A stretch of 63,996 bases of DNA, filler included, from Reclinomonas americana ATCC 50394 (Eukaryota), in NCBI GenBank assembly GCA_048213135.1. It is 14 parts of 14 records of this genome, joined end to end, with 100 filler letters (N's around TTAATTAATTAA, not from the genome) between each part and the next. Parts side by side here need not be neighbours in the genome. Positions count along the whole stretch, not along the records: positions 23,933 to 26,985 come from AFZH01016926.1; positions 27,086 to 33,258 come from AFZH01016927.1; positions 33,359 to 35,500 come from AFZH01016929.1; positions 35,601 to 38,110 come from AFZH01016930.1; 10 more parts are not named here. One strand, written 5' to 3'. A program made the position numbers and the translations under genes. Shown piece after piece: positions 25,116 to 38,210 of this stretch (position 1 is the first letter of the stretch; the number at the start of each line of letters is the position of its first letter). The notes beneath the pieces were generated by a model that saw nothing but the letters and a program-made list of their open reading frames with translations, did no database searches and was not told the DNA's origin.

Positions 25116-28100
25116 TCAATCGTCGTCAGCCAACAGCAGCGGTGTGTGCTCACCGGCACCGTCAGCCCGCCGCGCGCCCTGCTGAATCTGGATGGACGAG
25201 CCGGCACGTACACCATCTGCAAGCTGCGCCTGTGCTCGTGCATCCCACCGGTGCACGTCGTGCAATTGAACCTCGTCGCCGGCCTCCTCCACCTCGATAA
25301 TCTTCAAAAACACCTCCTCCAGCGTCGTGCACGAGAGGCCGTAGCTGTCGACTTGCAACTCGTCGCGCCGCCGATCGAGCTCGGCCAGGAAGCGACCATA
25401 CTCGCCCACGGCGTCTAGTGGTAGCAGAAAGAGAGACTCGGCGCCGCGCGAGCTCAGCACCTGGCAGCCTGTGTGTCTCACGTGCCGTCAGCGCAGGCGC
25501 CTATGATAGAGACGGAGGACATGCAGTAATCGACAAACCGACAATGGAAGTGGTGACAAAGGTGCGCAGTGCTGATGTGTTGGCGCCTGGTCTTGTGACC
25601 ACCTCCAGGTAGTAGCCGAGCCCGAATCTGCCGACCAAGTACGGCGGGGTAAAGACTCTCTCATGACTGATTTCCTCGCACAAATGCACGCAACTGCTGC
25701 TTGAGTTCCATGGAGGTACCGAAGCACTTGAGCGATCCGTGCGACATGATGGCAATGTAATCGGCCAGCAGATCGGCCTCCTCCATGCTGTGCGTGGTGA
25801 GAAGAATGATTCGATCCTGTTTCATGCGCTGCAGCAGCGCCCAGATCTGCCGCCTTGATCCCGGATCGACACCGGTGGAGCACTCGTCGAGGACGACCAC
25901 TCGCGGATTGCCGACAAAGGCAATGATCGTCGACAGGCGGCGCTTCATGCCACCCGAGAACGTCTCCGTGAAGCGGTCAATGTGTTCCTCCAGGCTCACC
26001 TACGACACCAATAAATGTCAAACGGCAGAGAGACGGGACTGGAGCGAGAAGTTGTGTCACCTGGCGCAGATACTGGAGAATCTCCTCGCGCGACAGCCGG
26101 TGGCCCTTGATGGCGCCGTACAGTGCGACGTGTTCACCCGCCGTGAGCTTGCCAAACAGCACATCGTGCTGCGTGGGGAACAAAATGAACAATGCAAGAC
26201 AAGCAAGATGCATGAGAGAGAGAGAGAACACGCGTACCTGCGGGCACACGCCCAGCATTTGCCGAATGTGCTCCATCTGGTGCGTGATGGAGTAACCGAG
26301 GAGGTGCGCGTCGCCCGACGAGGGCGGGTAGAGACCAGTGAGCACGTGGAGTGTGGTGGACTTGCCGGCGCCTGCGTGACTGCTCCGTCAGATCTCGTTT
26401 TCATGCACCAGTGCACAATCATTCTCTCTCTCTCTCCCTCTCCCTCCCTCTCTCTTCCTCCCCAACACACCATTGTGACCGAGGAGAGCCAGAATCTCGC
26501 CCTGGTTGACATGCAGCGTGAGACCGCGTACGGCCACCGTCTCCTGTCGCCGGTGGCAGCAGCCCTTGGAAAACACCTTGCGCAGGTTCTCAATCTCCAG
26601 TCCGGCACCGTCCTCCTGTTTTTTCCCACCCACCCACACAGTGAGATCACTCTCCATCTCTCTCTTCGTCTCTCTTGTCAACCGAGTACGCAACAGCATC
26701 CACCAGCATGCTGCGCTTGAGCGCTCCACGCCAGTACGACGGCTTGAGGAAGAACAGCGGGCTGAGAGCGGTGCCAAACTCGCCTGCATGCACACAAGAG
26801 AGAGGTAGAGCGCATGAGGACGTCGAAGCAACACCACCACCACTTCGTGCTGCAGCACCTCCCCCACCTTTCCACGTCTTGCTGAGGTACCACAGAATGA
26901 TCCAGTAGATGACGCAGTTCAAGGGCAGCCATATCAACGCCCAGTACACCTTGTACTGCTCACCGACGGAGCCAATGTTGCCGAANNNNNNNNNNNNNNN
27001 NNNNNNNNNNNNNNNNNNNNNNNNNNNNNTTAATTAATTAANNNNNNNNNNNNNNNNNNNNNNNNNNNNNNNNNNNNNNNNNNNNAGTGGGTCAGAAGAC
27101 AGCGCAAGCGGGTCACGAGAGTGTACAAACACACACATACCTCTTTCAGCTTCTCCTTCTTCTCGGTGACGAGCAGCACCAAGAACTGCACCATGACCAG
27201 GAAGAAAGCCAGCAACGTATAGATGGCCCAGATATCGGGCAGACCCGTGTTGGCACCGGGACGCGACGGCATCTGATTGGTCGTCACCGAGAGCGACGGC
27301 GCTGGCACATTGGCGACCGTGGCTTGCGCTTGCACTAACAAATGACAATGAGCGCCCCACACGATGCAACTATGCGACAGTCGCGACATGCACGCAACAG
27401 AGCGACTGGATCACCGACAATTGCAGGCTCACCAAGCCCGTGTAGACCGAGTTGCTCTGTGAGATGCCGACATACGACGTGTTGGAGATGATCATGTATC
27501 CGGTGTCGGCATGCACCGTCGTGTCGGTGGCGGCCAGGTTGGTGAACACGACGCCTGCCACGAACAACCACACATCATCAGCACACTCACACATCCCAAG
27601 GTACAAAAAAAAGAGATGCGCACACACGCACCTCCCCACAATCGACCCGGATTCAACGTAAAGTCATTCTGCAGTGCGTTGCTGTCGGAGAATTGTTGAA
27701 AGTTGTTGTAGCCGGTGGCACCCCGCAGACTGGCCAGCAACTGCGCACCAGCTGTGCCTGCATCACCCACGGGCGCCACACCGACCTTCGGTGACCCACT
27801 GCACACATTTGCAGTCAACAACACAAAAGCGCCGAATGCGAACATTTGGCGAGCAGCTCACCTGGCAATCAATACCGCTGCAATGGGCGTGGGGGTCGAC
27901 GGTGTGTACGTGGCTGCATGTGCACACACACACACGCGTGTGAGAGAAGGAGAGAAGGGGAGAGAGAGAAGAGGAGAGAATGATGAGGCAACTCCACGGT
28001 GCATTCGCATTGTTTCCACCGGTTGTCTTTGTGATGATGATGAGGAGCGCGAGAAAGTACACTGGATACAGCACCTGGTCGCACACACAGTCACTCTCTC

Positions 28101-28282
28101 TCCTCTGCAGCAACCAGCAGAGAGACAACCGTACTCACCTCCATGAAAAACGCGCGCAATGCACGACGCTGTTGCAGCCTCGTGAGCACACACCACACAC
28201 ACACACACACAGAACGCAACACACCGACCTTCACAAGAATGCTCTTGCGCAACAGCGCACGCAGTTGCACGCGAAAGTGCAT
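25116..28282 (-). CDS. Half-size ABCA-subfamily transporter (one TMD + one NBD), spanning a gap
   Basis: N-terminal [29 protein letters not shown]; Walker [58 protein letters not shown]; ends with dileucine-like EHTPLL. Confidence 0.92.
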
Positions 28283-28308
28283 TCTCTCTAAGTGTTGTTT
28301 ACTTGAAA

Positions 28309-29217
28309 CTATGACTCACGAAGACAATTGAGCCACATCAATGCGGCGGCCACTCTCATGCTGGTCTCCGCCTGATCCACATCATGCCCGCCGCCCTCCA
28401 CAAAGCCCCACGCCCTCGCCTGATAATCCTCATGCAATCGCGCACACTCCACCACCGCACGCGCACTCGTCAAGTGCCCATCAAACGCCGCCAGTGCAAT
28501 CACTGCCGACTTGCACGCCGTGACCATGGACTGAATGCCCATGAGATGCCACTCATCCAGCGACTCCAACAGCGCACGCACAGCTGCAATGGTGGCAGGC
28601 GGCTGGCGCACAGCAGTGAGGCCAGTGGTGGGCGCAATGGGCCCGTAACGCGCCATGAACCACGCGCACACAGGCTCCCACACGCGCTCCTGTCGCTCCA
28701 CGAGCTCGCGCGGTGACTCAGCACGGTAGAGCACGGTGTCGGTTGGGAGGTAACGCATAATGTCGTCGACGAGGTGGGCGCGGCCGAGGGCGCGATCGGT
28801 CAGTGTCGAGGCGAGCGACATGAGAGGCATGGTGTGTGGGCGGATGAAGCGACGCTGGTACTCCCACTCGGCGGCAATGGCGGTGGCGAGTGCGCGAGTC
28901 GGCAGGTGCAGAGGCTTGCGCGCGGGTGAGCGGAGTGTGCGGTGGTCCAGGTGCACTGCAAAGGCGGTCGCGCTGTTGTTGTTGGTGGCGTCGCGTGGCA
29001 CCTCGTGGACGCTCACCGACTTGTAGAACTTGCGCGCGGGGGTGTTGCCTGTGCGTGCGTATCGGTGAGCGTGTGCATTGCGAGACAACACACAGAGAGA
29101 GAGAGAGAGCGCGGAACTGCGTGCGGGTGGTGCAGCGCGCGATGATGGCGATGCTGCTGTGCTAAAGGCATAGGCGGGTAACCGCGTGCGCGTCAACGCC
29201 ATGGTCAGTGCGCGCAT
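28309..29217 (-). CDS. ATP12: Mitochondrial F1-ATPase assembly chaperone ATP12/ATPAF2
   Basis: KFYKSVSV, LDHRTLRSP, LATAIAAEWEYQ, PHTMPLMSL, YLPTDTVLYR, Q..VWEP, KSAVIAL, QARAWGFVEGGGHD; in-frame intron 29049-29117. Confidence 0.95.
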   Translation of the reverse strand: MRALTMALTRTRLPAYAFSTAASPSSRAAPPARSSALSLSLCVLSRNAHAHRYARTGNTPARKFYKSVSVHEVPRDATNNNSATAFAVHLDHRTLRSPARKPLHLPTRALATAIAAEWEYQRRFIRPHTMPLMSLASTLTDRALGRAHLVDDIMRYLPTDTVLYRAESPRELVERQERVWEPVCAWFMARYGPIAPTTGLTAVRQPPATIAAVRALLESLDEWHLMGIQSMVTACKSAVIALAAFDGHLTSARAVVECARLHEDYQARAWGFVEGGGHDVDQAETSMRVAAALMWLNCLRES

Positions 29218-29265
29218 GGTCGTCAGAGTGAATAGAAGAACGAAACGATCGACTCATCGGAATCG

Positions 29266-30245
29266 ATGTTGCTGGTGGTGGGAGCAGGCGATCTGGGTTC
29301 TCGCGTGATCGCACAGTGGCTGCGTGCGCGTGTCGACGATGAGGTGATCGCAGAGACGCGTACTGCATCGGTGAGCTTGCGTGCATGCATGCGTCGATGT
29401 CTTGCTGATGCGTTTGCTGATGCACTGCGCAGCGACATGCAGCACTGGTGGACGCTGTGGCGCCCGAGGCACGCAGTCGATTGCACGTGCAAGTCGCTGG
29501 CGAGGCTACGGGGGAGCAGCGATTCTCCAGCGTTCTCTTCTGTGTGCCATCGAATGTCGACGATTACGGTGCGACGCTGGAGCAGGCGCTTCGGCGATGG
29601 AGCGGCGGCGAGGACGGTGGTGTGTTTGTGCTGGTCTCCAGCACATCGGTGTACCCGTCGGGCGTGGACCTGAGCATTAGCGATGAGGAGCAGGAGGAGT
29701 GGCCGGCGTCGGCGGCCGCCGAGAGCGACATGGGAGAGGGCGAGCGGCGATTGTTGGCCTGCGAGCGGCAGGTGATGCAGCAGGGCGGCTGTGTGATGCG
29801 TCTGGCGGGTCTCTACTCGGCCAATCGAGGGGCGCACGCGTTCTGGTTGCGCTCCGAGTCGTCCAAGATGCCCGGCGACGGTCTGCACTCGAATGCTGCT
29901 CTTGGTCGTGGCCAATCACTCACTCGTCTCTCGGCAGGCTACATCAACCAGATCCACTACGAGGACGCCGCCCGCTTGTGTGTGGCGGCGTTGAGTGCGC
30001 CTGAAGTGTCGCGCGGTCGCGTGTTCCTCGGCTGCGACGGCGCACCAATGACGCGCAAGGCCATTGCCGAGGCCGCGGTAAAGTCCGGTCGCTTCCCCGC
30101 TGCCGCACGATGTGTGTTCACCGGCGCACCCGGCACCTCCCCGGGCCGACAGCTCACCAATCCGCGCACGCGACGGCAGCTGCATTGGGAGCCCACGTGG
30201 AACAGCTTTGCCGAGTTCATCCAACAAGAGCAGTTGGACGCGTAA
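29266..30245 (+). CDS. Atypical SDR / NAD(P)-dependent epimerase (YeeZ-like)
   Basis: Rossmann LLVVGAGDLG; FVLVSSTSVY; RLAGLYSANRGAH; INQIHYEDAA; GRVFLGCD; TRRQLHWEP; 2 introns. Confidence 0.85.
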
Positions 30246-30282
30246 AACAACCGTGTCTATACACTGTCCTTTTGCGTGTTCT

Positions 30283-31766
30283 TCATGAGTGATTAACTGC
30301 TGGCGGCAGTGGCAGTCGTGCTTCGGCGCTCGCCAGGCGCTGCTCCAGGTGCCGCACGTGCTGTTCGAGTTGCTCTCGTCGATCACGCTCCAGCGACATT
30401 TGCGCCGCCATCAACACCAGCTGGTTCATCATCGTCTCCCGTTCGCGGCGCTCCACGGCCAGCGCCTCCCGCAGCTCTTGCACCACCGACGACGAGAATA
30501 ACAACGACGACGACGACGCCGAGGCCGACGATGACATCTCGTCACGGAGCTCTCGGGCGGGCGAAAGCGCCAGGGAGCGCGCATCTGGAGGTGGTGACAA
30601 TGGCGCATCGCCGGCGATCGCAGACGGCGACAGCGGTGCACAACTGGGGGCAGCGGCGGCGGCGGCGGCAGCAGCACCGGCGGGCACAACGGCGGCATCT
30701 GCGTCGACAAGATCCCACAGTCGCACCGTGCGATCTTCGGAGCCGCTGATGATGCGTCCATCGGGCAGCGCGTCTGCACACGTGACCACACCGGTGTGTT
30801 CGCGCAGCACCGCCACCGCTTCCCACGTCTCCGTTCTCCACACCCGCACGGTCTTGTCTGCAACATAACACAGCGCAAGTCAGTCACATGGTGGTGGAAG
30901 TAGATCTAGAACATGAGCAGACCTGCACTGGTGCTGTGCAGTGTGCGGCCGTCGGCAGCAAACGCCACCGTGGTCACCCAGTAGCGATGACCCACGAGCT
31001 CGCGCAGCAACTGCCCGCCGTCCATTGACCACACGCAGAGTCGCCCATCGTAGTGGCCGGTGACCAGCGTGGTGTCGTCGGGCGACAGCGCCACGGCATA
31101 CACATCGGCAGCCGTCAGCTCCCCGCTCTGCAGCACATGCACCGTCTGCCCCGTCTCCACGCCCCACACTCGCGCCGTGCGATCGCGCGAGCCACTGACA
31201 GCCATGCGCCCATCCTTCGTCATCGCCACATCCAACACCGGCGCCGTGTGTCCCTCGAGCATCGCCAGACACAAGCCATCGTCGACCGACCACAGACGAA
31301 CCGTTGCATCGACACCGCCACTGACAATCACATTGCCGGAGACCGCCAGTGCACTGACACTGCGCTGATGCCCATCTCGACTCCACATCACCACCGGTCG
31401 AATCGGCTGTCGCGAAGGCGACGCCGCCGCGACGACCAGCAGCCGACTGGCATCCCACAAGACAACTGCACAAGCGGTCGTCGACTGCGTCTGCGTCCAC
31501 TCGCCAGCCACCACATAGCAGGCGTCTGCATTCGCCAGTGCCATGCGCGCGAATACATGCTGTCGCGAGGAGTTGCGCACGTGCACCTCGATAGGTTCGC
31601 CGTCGCCGTCTTCTGCCTCGACGTCGCACAAAAGAACTGCTCCATCGGCCGTGCTGCACAGCACGTATTGTGGCGACAGTGCGACCACTGCCAACACAGT
31701 GCGTTGCGTGTTGCTGCACAGGCGCCGGCTTTGCGCAGGTGGCCGTGGTGGCGGGCGGCCACTCAT
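30283..31766 (-). CDS. WD40-repeat protein with C-terminal coiled coil
   Basis: Repeated GH...SGG/SGS.D.T.R.W motifs; one intron about 30858-30923; C-terminal heptads. Confidence 0.85.
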
Positions 31767-31846
31767 TCGTTTTCGAAGTCTCGAAAACTGGTGTGTCCTG
31801 GTGTCCAACGTCGCGTGTGTGTGTCGGTAGTGGTCAGTGTGCGCGA

Positions 31847-33258
31847 ATGAGCTTCCTCTTTGGCCGGCGCAGCAAGACGCCTGCGGAGCAAGTGCGTCAG
31901 GCTGTGGAGGACTTTGAGGTCATTGAGCGCAATCGCGACCAGAAGAGTGTCGACAAGGTGTGTGTGTGTTGGCACATGTCTGTTCTGTATTTTCCTCTTG
32001 TTTCTCCCTCTGTCTCTCTCTCTGTCTCTTGCTCTCTCTCCCTCCGAGTTGTTGTTGTGTGCACACAATGGCGATGCCGCGAATGATGATTGTGATTGTG
32101 ATTGTGATGATGATGATGATGACAACACGCGCTCGTCTTTCAACGTGCGTGTGAGCGGTTTTTTTCACTCGCTCATCATCCACTTCACTGCGGCGCAGGC
32201 GATTGATGATCTATCAAAGCTGATCCACGAGTTCAAGACCACCTTGCTGGGCTCCGGCGACCATCACCATCACAAGTCGGCTCCAGCAGGCTCCTCATCC
32301 TCCTCCTCCTCCTCTTCCTCGTCGTCGTCGACCACGACGGCGTCTGGAACAGCTGCAGCAGGCGGCTCGGTATCTGGTGGCAGTGGCGCGTCTGGCAATG
32401 TCGGTGCAGGCGCCGGATCATCATCCTCGTCGTCATCTTCATCGTCATCGTCGGCGGCGTCGGCAGCCGCGGGTGCCGCATCGTCGGCTGCCTCGGGCGG
32501 AGCGTCGTCGGCGGTCGGTGGAGCGTCGTCATTGGGAGCGGCAGCAGGGGGCATGGTCGCGGGTCTGGCGGGCAACGGAGGCAGCGGTGGTGGCACAGGA
32601 GGTGATGGGGACAAGGCGGCTGGGGGCGACGGGGGTGCTGGCGACGAAACCAATGGTGGGTCGCGCACTCGCGCCTCCTTGAGTGTCTTGTATCTGTGCG
32701 TGCGTGTGTAGTAACGTGAGCGTGCGAGGCAGGCGGTTCTTCCGAGCCCAACGCCGAGCAGGTGCAGCAACTCATTCGTGAGCTCCTCGCCACGGATCTC
32801 TTGTCGACGCTGGTCTCGGAGATCCACCGACTCGAATTCGAGGTGCTCCGCTCTCCTCTGCCTGTCCCCCGCCACTCTCACGCACTGACCTCCCCTCACA
32901 TACGCGCACAACAGACAAGAAAATCAGTGGTGCAGATCTTCAGCAACCTGTTGCGTCGGCAGCAAGGCGGCAGACTACCGGCCGTTGAGCACATATGTCG
33001 AAACGACTATCTGCTCGACAACCTGATTCTGGGGTTGCGTCGCGTCGTTGTCTCCCTTTCCCAATCTCCTCTTTTGCCACGCGCTCTGAACATGCACACG
33101 CACACAGGTACGAGAAGCTGGAGATCTCATTGCATTGTGGCTCCATGCTGCGCGAGTGCATTCGGCACGAGGAGCTGGCGCGCATCATCTTGCGGTCGGA
33201 GAGGTTCCCGAAGTTCTTCGAGTACATCGATCTCACCAATTTCGATGTGGCCTCGGAT
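31847..33258 (+). CDS. CAB39: MO25/CAB39 kinase scaffold (3' partial)
   Basis: [70 protein letters not shown]. Confidence 0.95.
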
Positions 33259-33358
33259 NNNNNNNNNNNNNNNNNNNNNNNNNNNNNNNNNNNNNNNNNN
33301 NNTTAATTAATTAANNNNNNNNNNNNNNNNNNNNNNNNNNNNNNNNNNNNNNNNNNNN

Positions 33359-35839
33359 ACCGAGACCGCTGTGCAGCGGCGTGCTAGCAGCCTCCTCCTC
33401 TCGCTGCTTCTCCTCCTCCGCCACCTCCTTGCGCATCTTGGTCACCACATCCTGCAGGAGTGACTTCAGCCACAAACAGCGCAGTGATTGACTCCACAAA
33501 AGAAAAAATACACAGCACAAACCAGCATCTCCAACAGCTGGCTTCGTAGCGTCTCGTTGGAATCGGTGAGCAGCTCGATCATGGTCGTCTTGTCCTGGTC
33601 ACTAAAGGCGATCTTCTCATACTCGTAGCGCGTTTGCTTGATGGCCTGTGATTGCGCGATACATCGCGAGTGAGTGGACGATCGACAGACATAGAGATGC
33701 ACTGCAGCTTCACCTCCTCCAATCGAGCATTCTCCGCCTCGATTTCCTTGACGCGCTCCAACTGCCCCTTCATGTCGGCAATCTCCTCCCTCAACAACTC
33801 CTTCTCCTCCTGCTCGCTCGTCACCTGATCCTTCAGCTCCGTCACCTCCTCTGCGCGACGTCTATAAGCCATCTCAAAGAAAGAGAGCGAGAGAGAGAAT
33901 GACAAATGCTGCATGTGAACGCACCACGCAGGTTGACGAGCTCCTCACTCGAGGCACCCGTCAAACCGAGATGCGCCACGTCGCCGACACCGAGACCCCT
34001 GATAATGTCGGTGAGGCGAGCAATCTCGGCCTCGGCCTTTTGCAACATGAGCGACAGCTGCTGGACAGTGAGCTCCTTGTTCACACGAGGCTTGTTGCGG
34101 ATTTGCTTGGCACTGTACACAGAATGCGTGTGTGAGTAGAGAGTGACACGATGTGCGCGTGTGCGCGGCACATGCTCGCTTCGTCACGCACCGCTCGCCG
34201 AATCTCAGCGTGTTGAGTGTTTCCTGATCGTTCCAGCTACTGCATGAGCAGTTGATGATCAGAGCAGTTTGCGAGTTGCCGCCCAGCGAGTCCGTGAGCA
34301 GACGAGTCAGCTTCGAATCACGGTACGGAATGTGGCTGCGGTCGCCCGGGCGCTTGGGCTTGGTGAGCGCCTGAATGACGATACCGAGCTGTGTCAACGA
34401 CTTGTTGATCTGCTTGGCCTCCTCCAGCTGCTGGCCCTGTGCACCAGTTTTGCCGACCTGCGCAACACGGGTGGCGATCAGTGATACAGCGCGACGAAGA
34501 CAAGAGAGAGAGAGAGAGGCAGAGGTGTGTGTGGGACCACGAACTCTCTCGGAACCGGCCAAATCCACAAGATGCAGCTTGGACGTCTTGCGCTCGTCGC
34601 TCTCATTGTCGGTCGATGTGAGCGAGATGATGAAAATCGAGTGCGAGCGCGACGAGTCCAAGTTCATGTCTGCAATATACCGTCAGAACACAAGCATCAT
34701 CACAGGAGAAGAGCAACAGCATCGCAACTGGTCGATGCCACCACACGATTGGCGGCACCATCGCGCAGCAGCATGAAGATCTCCTCCTCCTCCAACACAG
34801 GTTCCACACGTGCGCCCTTGACATACATGGAGTGCGTGGGAGTCTCGTGGATGGTCAGGTTTTGGCGAGTGGCTGCGACGCGCACACGCACAAGTCAGTA
34901 TGTGGAAGCTACAGCCGATGCCACAGCGCTGCGCAACGATCAAGCAAATCACGGAGGCGCTCCAAGTAGATTTCCACATACGACACCGTCAGTTGGAACT
35001 CCATCGACGCTGGTGCATTGGCAATCTCGCTGAAAATGGCCTCCGCAATGCGTGGAATGAGACCCTTGAGTACGGGGTCGTCGCAGTAACCCTGCAGAGT
35101 GAAGACACATACAGGAGTGAGAAGACAGCGGGTGCACGGCCGAGAGGTGGTGGAGCACGCAACTCGCAGATCGTCGGTATTCGGTCCCATCATGGTGAAC
35201 GTCTTGCCAGAGCCCGTCTGGCCGTACGCAAAGATGGTGGCATTGTAGCCCTCGAAGATGGCTGTGTGAGCACCAGCGACCGCGTCAGCAAAATCAATCA
35301 CCACAACAACAAACGCGGACAAGTGGAGGCGGTGCGCACCATTCACGGCAGGCGCGCCGACAGCCTCGTACAACTTCAACTGGTCTGTCTCGGGTGGAAA
35401 CACACGATCAAAGGCGAACTTGTGCGTCGCCGAGTCTCGCATCTTACCACAGCAGCGTGAGCACAGACAGCATCACTCAGAGAAAACACGATGGGAGAGA
35501 NNNNNNNNNNNNNNNNNNNNNNNNNNNNNNNNNNNNNNNNNNNNTTAATTAATTAANNNNNNNNNNNNNNNNNNNNNNNNNNNNNNNNNNNNNNNNNNNN
35601 GGCGCAACTCGAATGCGAATCTGATTGCGAACGTTCTCCCATCCAAAGTCAATGTTGCGTGATCCGCCCTCCTCAATCTCGCGCGAGTTCTCGGGACGGA
35701 ATCGACACACCACCTACCGCGCGCACACACACACACAGTCACTCTCTTGTCACAACTCACATGTCGCACAGATAAGCGCACACGTGTATGTGCAATTCCT
35801 CGTTACCTTGATGTTGCTGCGATCACTTGAATCACCCAT
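33359..35839 (-). CDS. Kinesin-1 (conventional kinesin heavy chain)-like motor, spans a gap, 3' partial
   Basis: NIKVVCRFRP, FAFDRVF, GYNATIFAYGQTGSGKT, NMNLDSSRSH, LVDLAGSE, INKSL, HIPYRDSKLTRLL, LRFGERAKQIRNKPRVNKEL neck, then coiled coil. Confidence 0.93.
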
Positions 35840-36536
35840 GGTCGTCAAGTGTCACACAAACACGCGCTCACACAGAGAGGAAAACGAGGGACCTGCGAGC
35901 GACAACAGTCGAGCTCAGTTGAAGTCACTCAAAAGTGACCCGTTGGCACGAAAAATGTATTTCCAGCTCGCACACAAACACGAGAACACAGAGAGAGGGC
36001 GAGAGAGAAGAGTGACACACACACAGACAGGCAGTGCGTGTTGACGAGCGAGTGCGTGTGTGTGAGAGAGAGTGTGCATAAAAGTGCCATGGCCATCACT
36101 GGATCGACACGCGCGCACACAAGGAAACACACACATAGAGAGACAGCCGTGCCTCTCCTTCACACATTGACAGCCTCACTCTCTCGCACACTCACACAGA
36201 CACACACGCGCACAAAGAGTGAGCGAATTTGAGACAACTCACCCTCCTGACAACTCTGCGCTCGTTGCACCACGAGAGTGTGTGTGTGTGCGCGCACGTG
36301 GTATGAGAGCCACCACAGACAGAGTGAGAGAGAGACTGAATGCGCGTGTGCGTGGACGAGCAAGTTGAGTGTGTGACAGTGTGATGACTCACAGTGACCG
36401 TTGCACGCAAATTGTCTTCTTGTGTGTGTGTCTGTGCGAGTGAGTGAGCGAGCGTGTGTGTGTGACCAAGTGTGTGTTGATAGAGTGAGACGGGAGAGCA
36501 ACAGAGAGAGAGTGAAAGAGTGACGCAAATTCGATC

Positions 36537-38110
36537 ATGAAGCTGAAGCGGTTCCTGTTGCGGTACTTCCCTCCAGGTGTGTGAGCGTCTCTCTGTCTGT
36601 CTGTCTGTGTGTGCATGTGTACCTCTCCTGCGTGTGCGCACTTGCGTGTGTGTGTGTGTGAAGCAAGAGCCATGGCGGTCATGGTCGACTTGTCTCTCTC
36701 TTGGCCTTCCTCGTGTGCTCATTGTGCATGTACGCACACGCAGGCATCACAATGGAGTATGAACGATCCAATGGAGAATGTGTCACAAAAACAATTGATC
36801 TGCTGGGATTGACTGCCGAGTTGCGCATCAACACGAATAGAGTCACACAGCTGCATGCATGTGCGAGAGAGACTGAGTGATCATGAGAGAGTGTGTGGGT
36901 GTGGGTGTGAGTGTGCGAGAGACAACTGACTTGGTTTGCTTGGTGTTATATTTCGCATTGGGCAGTTCGGATCCCGATCAAGTCGCGGCACAGGTGGTGC
37001 GCGATGAGCAGATTGCGGAGAGTCGGCGGCCACAAGTCAGGAAGCTGGCTGTCAGTTGCGCTCTCTCTTACTCTCTTTGCCTCTTTGCATGTCACTGACT
37101 TGTGCGTGCAGAGCTGGTGGAGAAGATGAGGAGTGATCCAACGCAAAAATTTTACTTGTTCAAGATTCTGCGTGCGCACGTGCTGCCGCTGACCAACTGT
37201 GCATTCAACAAGATGGGTGATCGGTGAGTCGCGCGCATGCCCCGTTTGTTGTTGCTTGCATTCACTCACTCTTTTTCGTCATTGCAGTTTCATCACGGGA
37301 TCGTACGATCGAACATGCCGTGTGTGGGACACCATGACGGGCGAGGAGCTGTTGACACTGGAGGGCCACAAGAACGTGGTGTATGCCATTGCATTCAACA
37401 ATCCATTCGGCGACAAGATCATAACAGGCTCGTTCGACAAGACTTGCAAGCTGTGGGACTCGCGGTCAGGCGAGAATTTTTACACTTTCCGCGGCCACAC
37501 GGCCGAGATTGTGTGCCTCTCGTTCAATCCACAATCTACCACCATTGCCACGGGAAGCATGGACAACACGGCCAAATTGTGGGACGTGGAGACCGGTGTC
37601 GACTTGCAAACATTGCTGGTGAGAAGAAAGAGTTCATCGTTGTCAGCAATGTGTGCTCACTCGCTGCTGCAGGGCCACACGGCCGAGATTGTCAGTCTAA
37701 ACTTCAACACGGAAGGCAACATGGTGATCACCGGCTCGTTCGACCACAGCTCCAAACTGTGGGACGTGCGCACTGGCCGCTGCGTGCACACGCTGAGTGG
37801 CCACCGTGGCGAGATCTCATCCACGCAATTCAACTTTACCGGCGACTGCTGCATCTCCGGCTCCATCGACCGGACGTGCAAGATATGGAGTCTCAAGACG
37901 GGCACTTGTGCCTTCACGCTGAGGTTTCGTCGACCCTCCTTCCTCTTCTTCATCCTTGCGCCTTGTTACTGACGACATACGTAGGGGTCACAATGATGAA
38001 GTCCTTGATGTGACGTACAACTGCTCGGGATCTCGCATTCTGACGGCCAGTGCCGACGCCACGGCGCGCGTCTACAATGCACACACGGGCGAATGGGAGG
38101 TGACGTTGAC
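36537..38110 (+). CDS. DAW1: Dynein assembly factor with WD repeats 1 (ODA16), 3' partial
   Basis: [19 protein letters not shown]...[21 protein letters not shown]...[10 protein letters not shown]...[29 protein letters not shown]. Confidence 0.96.
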
Positions 38111-38210
38111 NNNNNNNNNNNNNNNNNNNNNNNNNNNNNNNNNNNNNNNNNNNNTTAATTAATTAANNNNNNNNNNNNNNNNNNNNNNNNNNNNNNNNNN
38201 NNNNNNNNNN

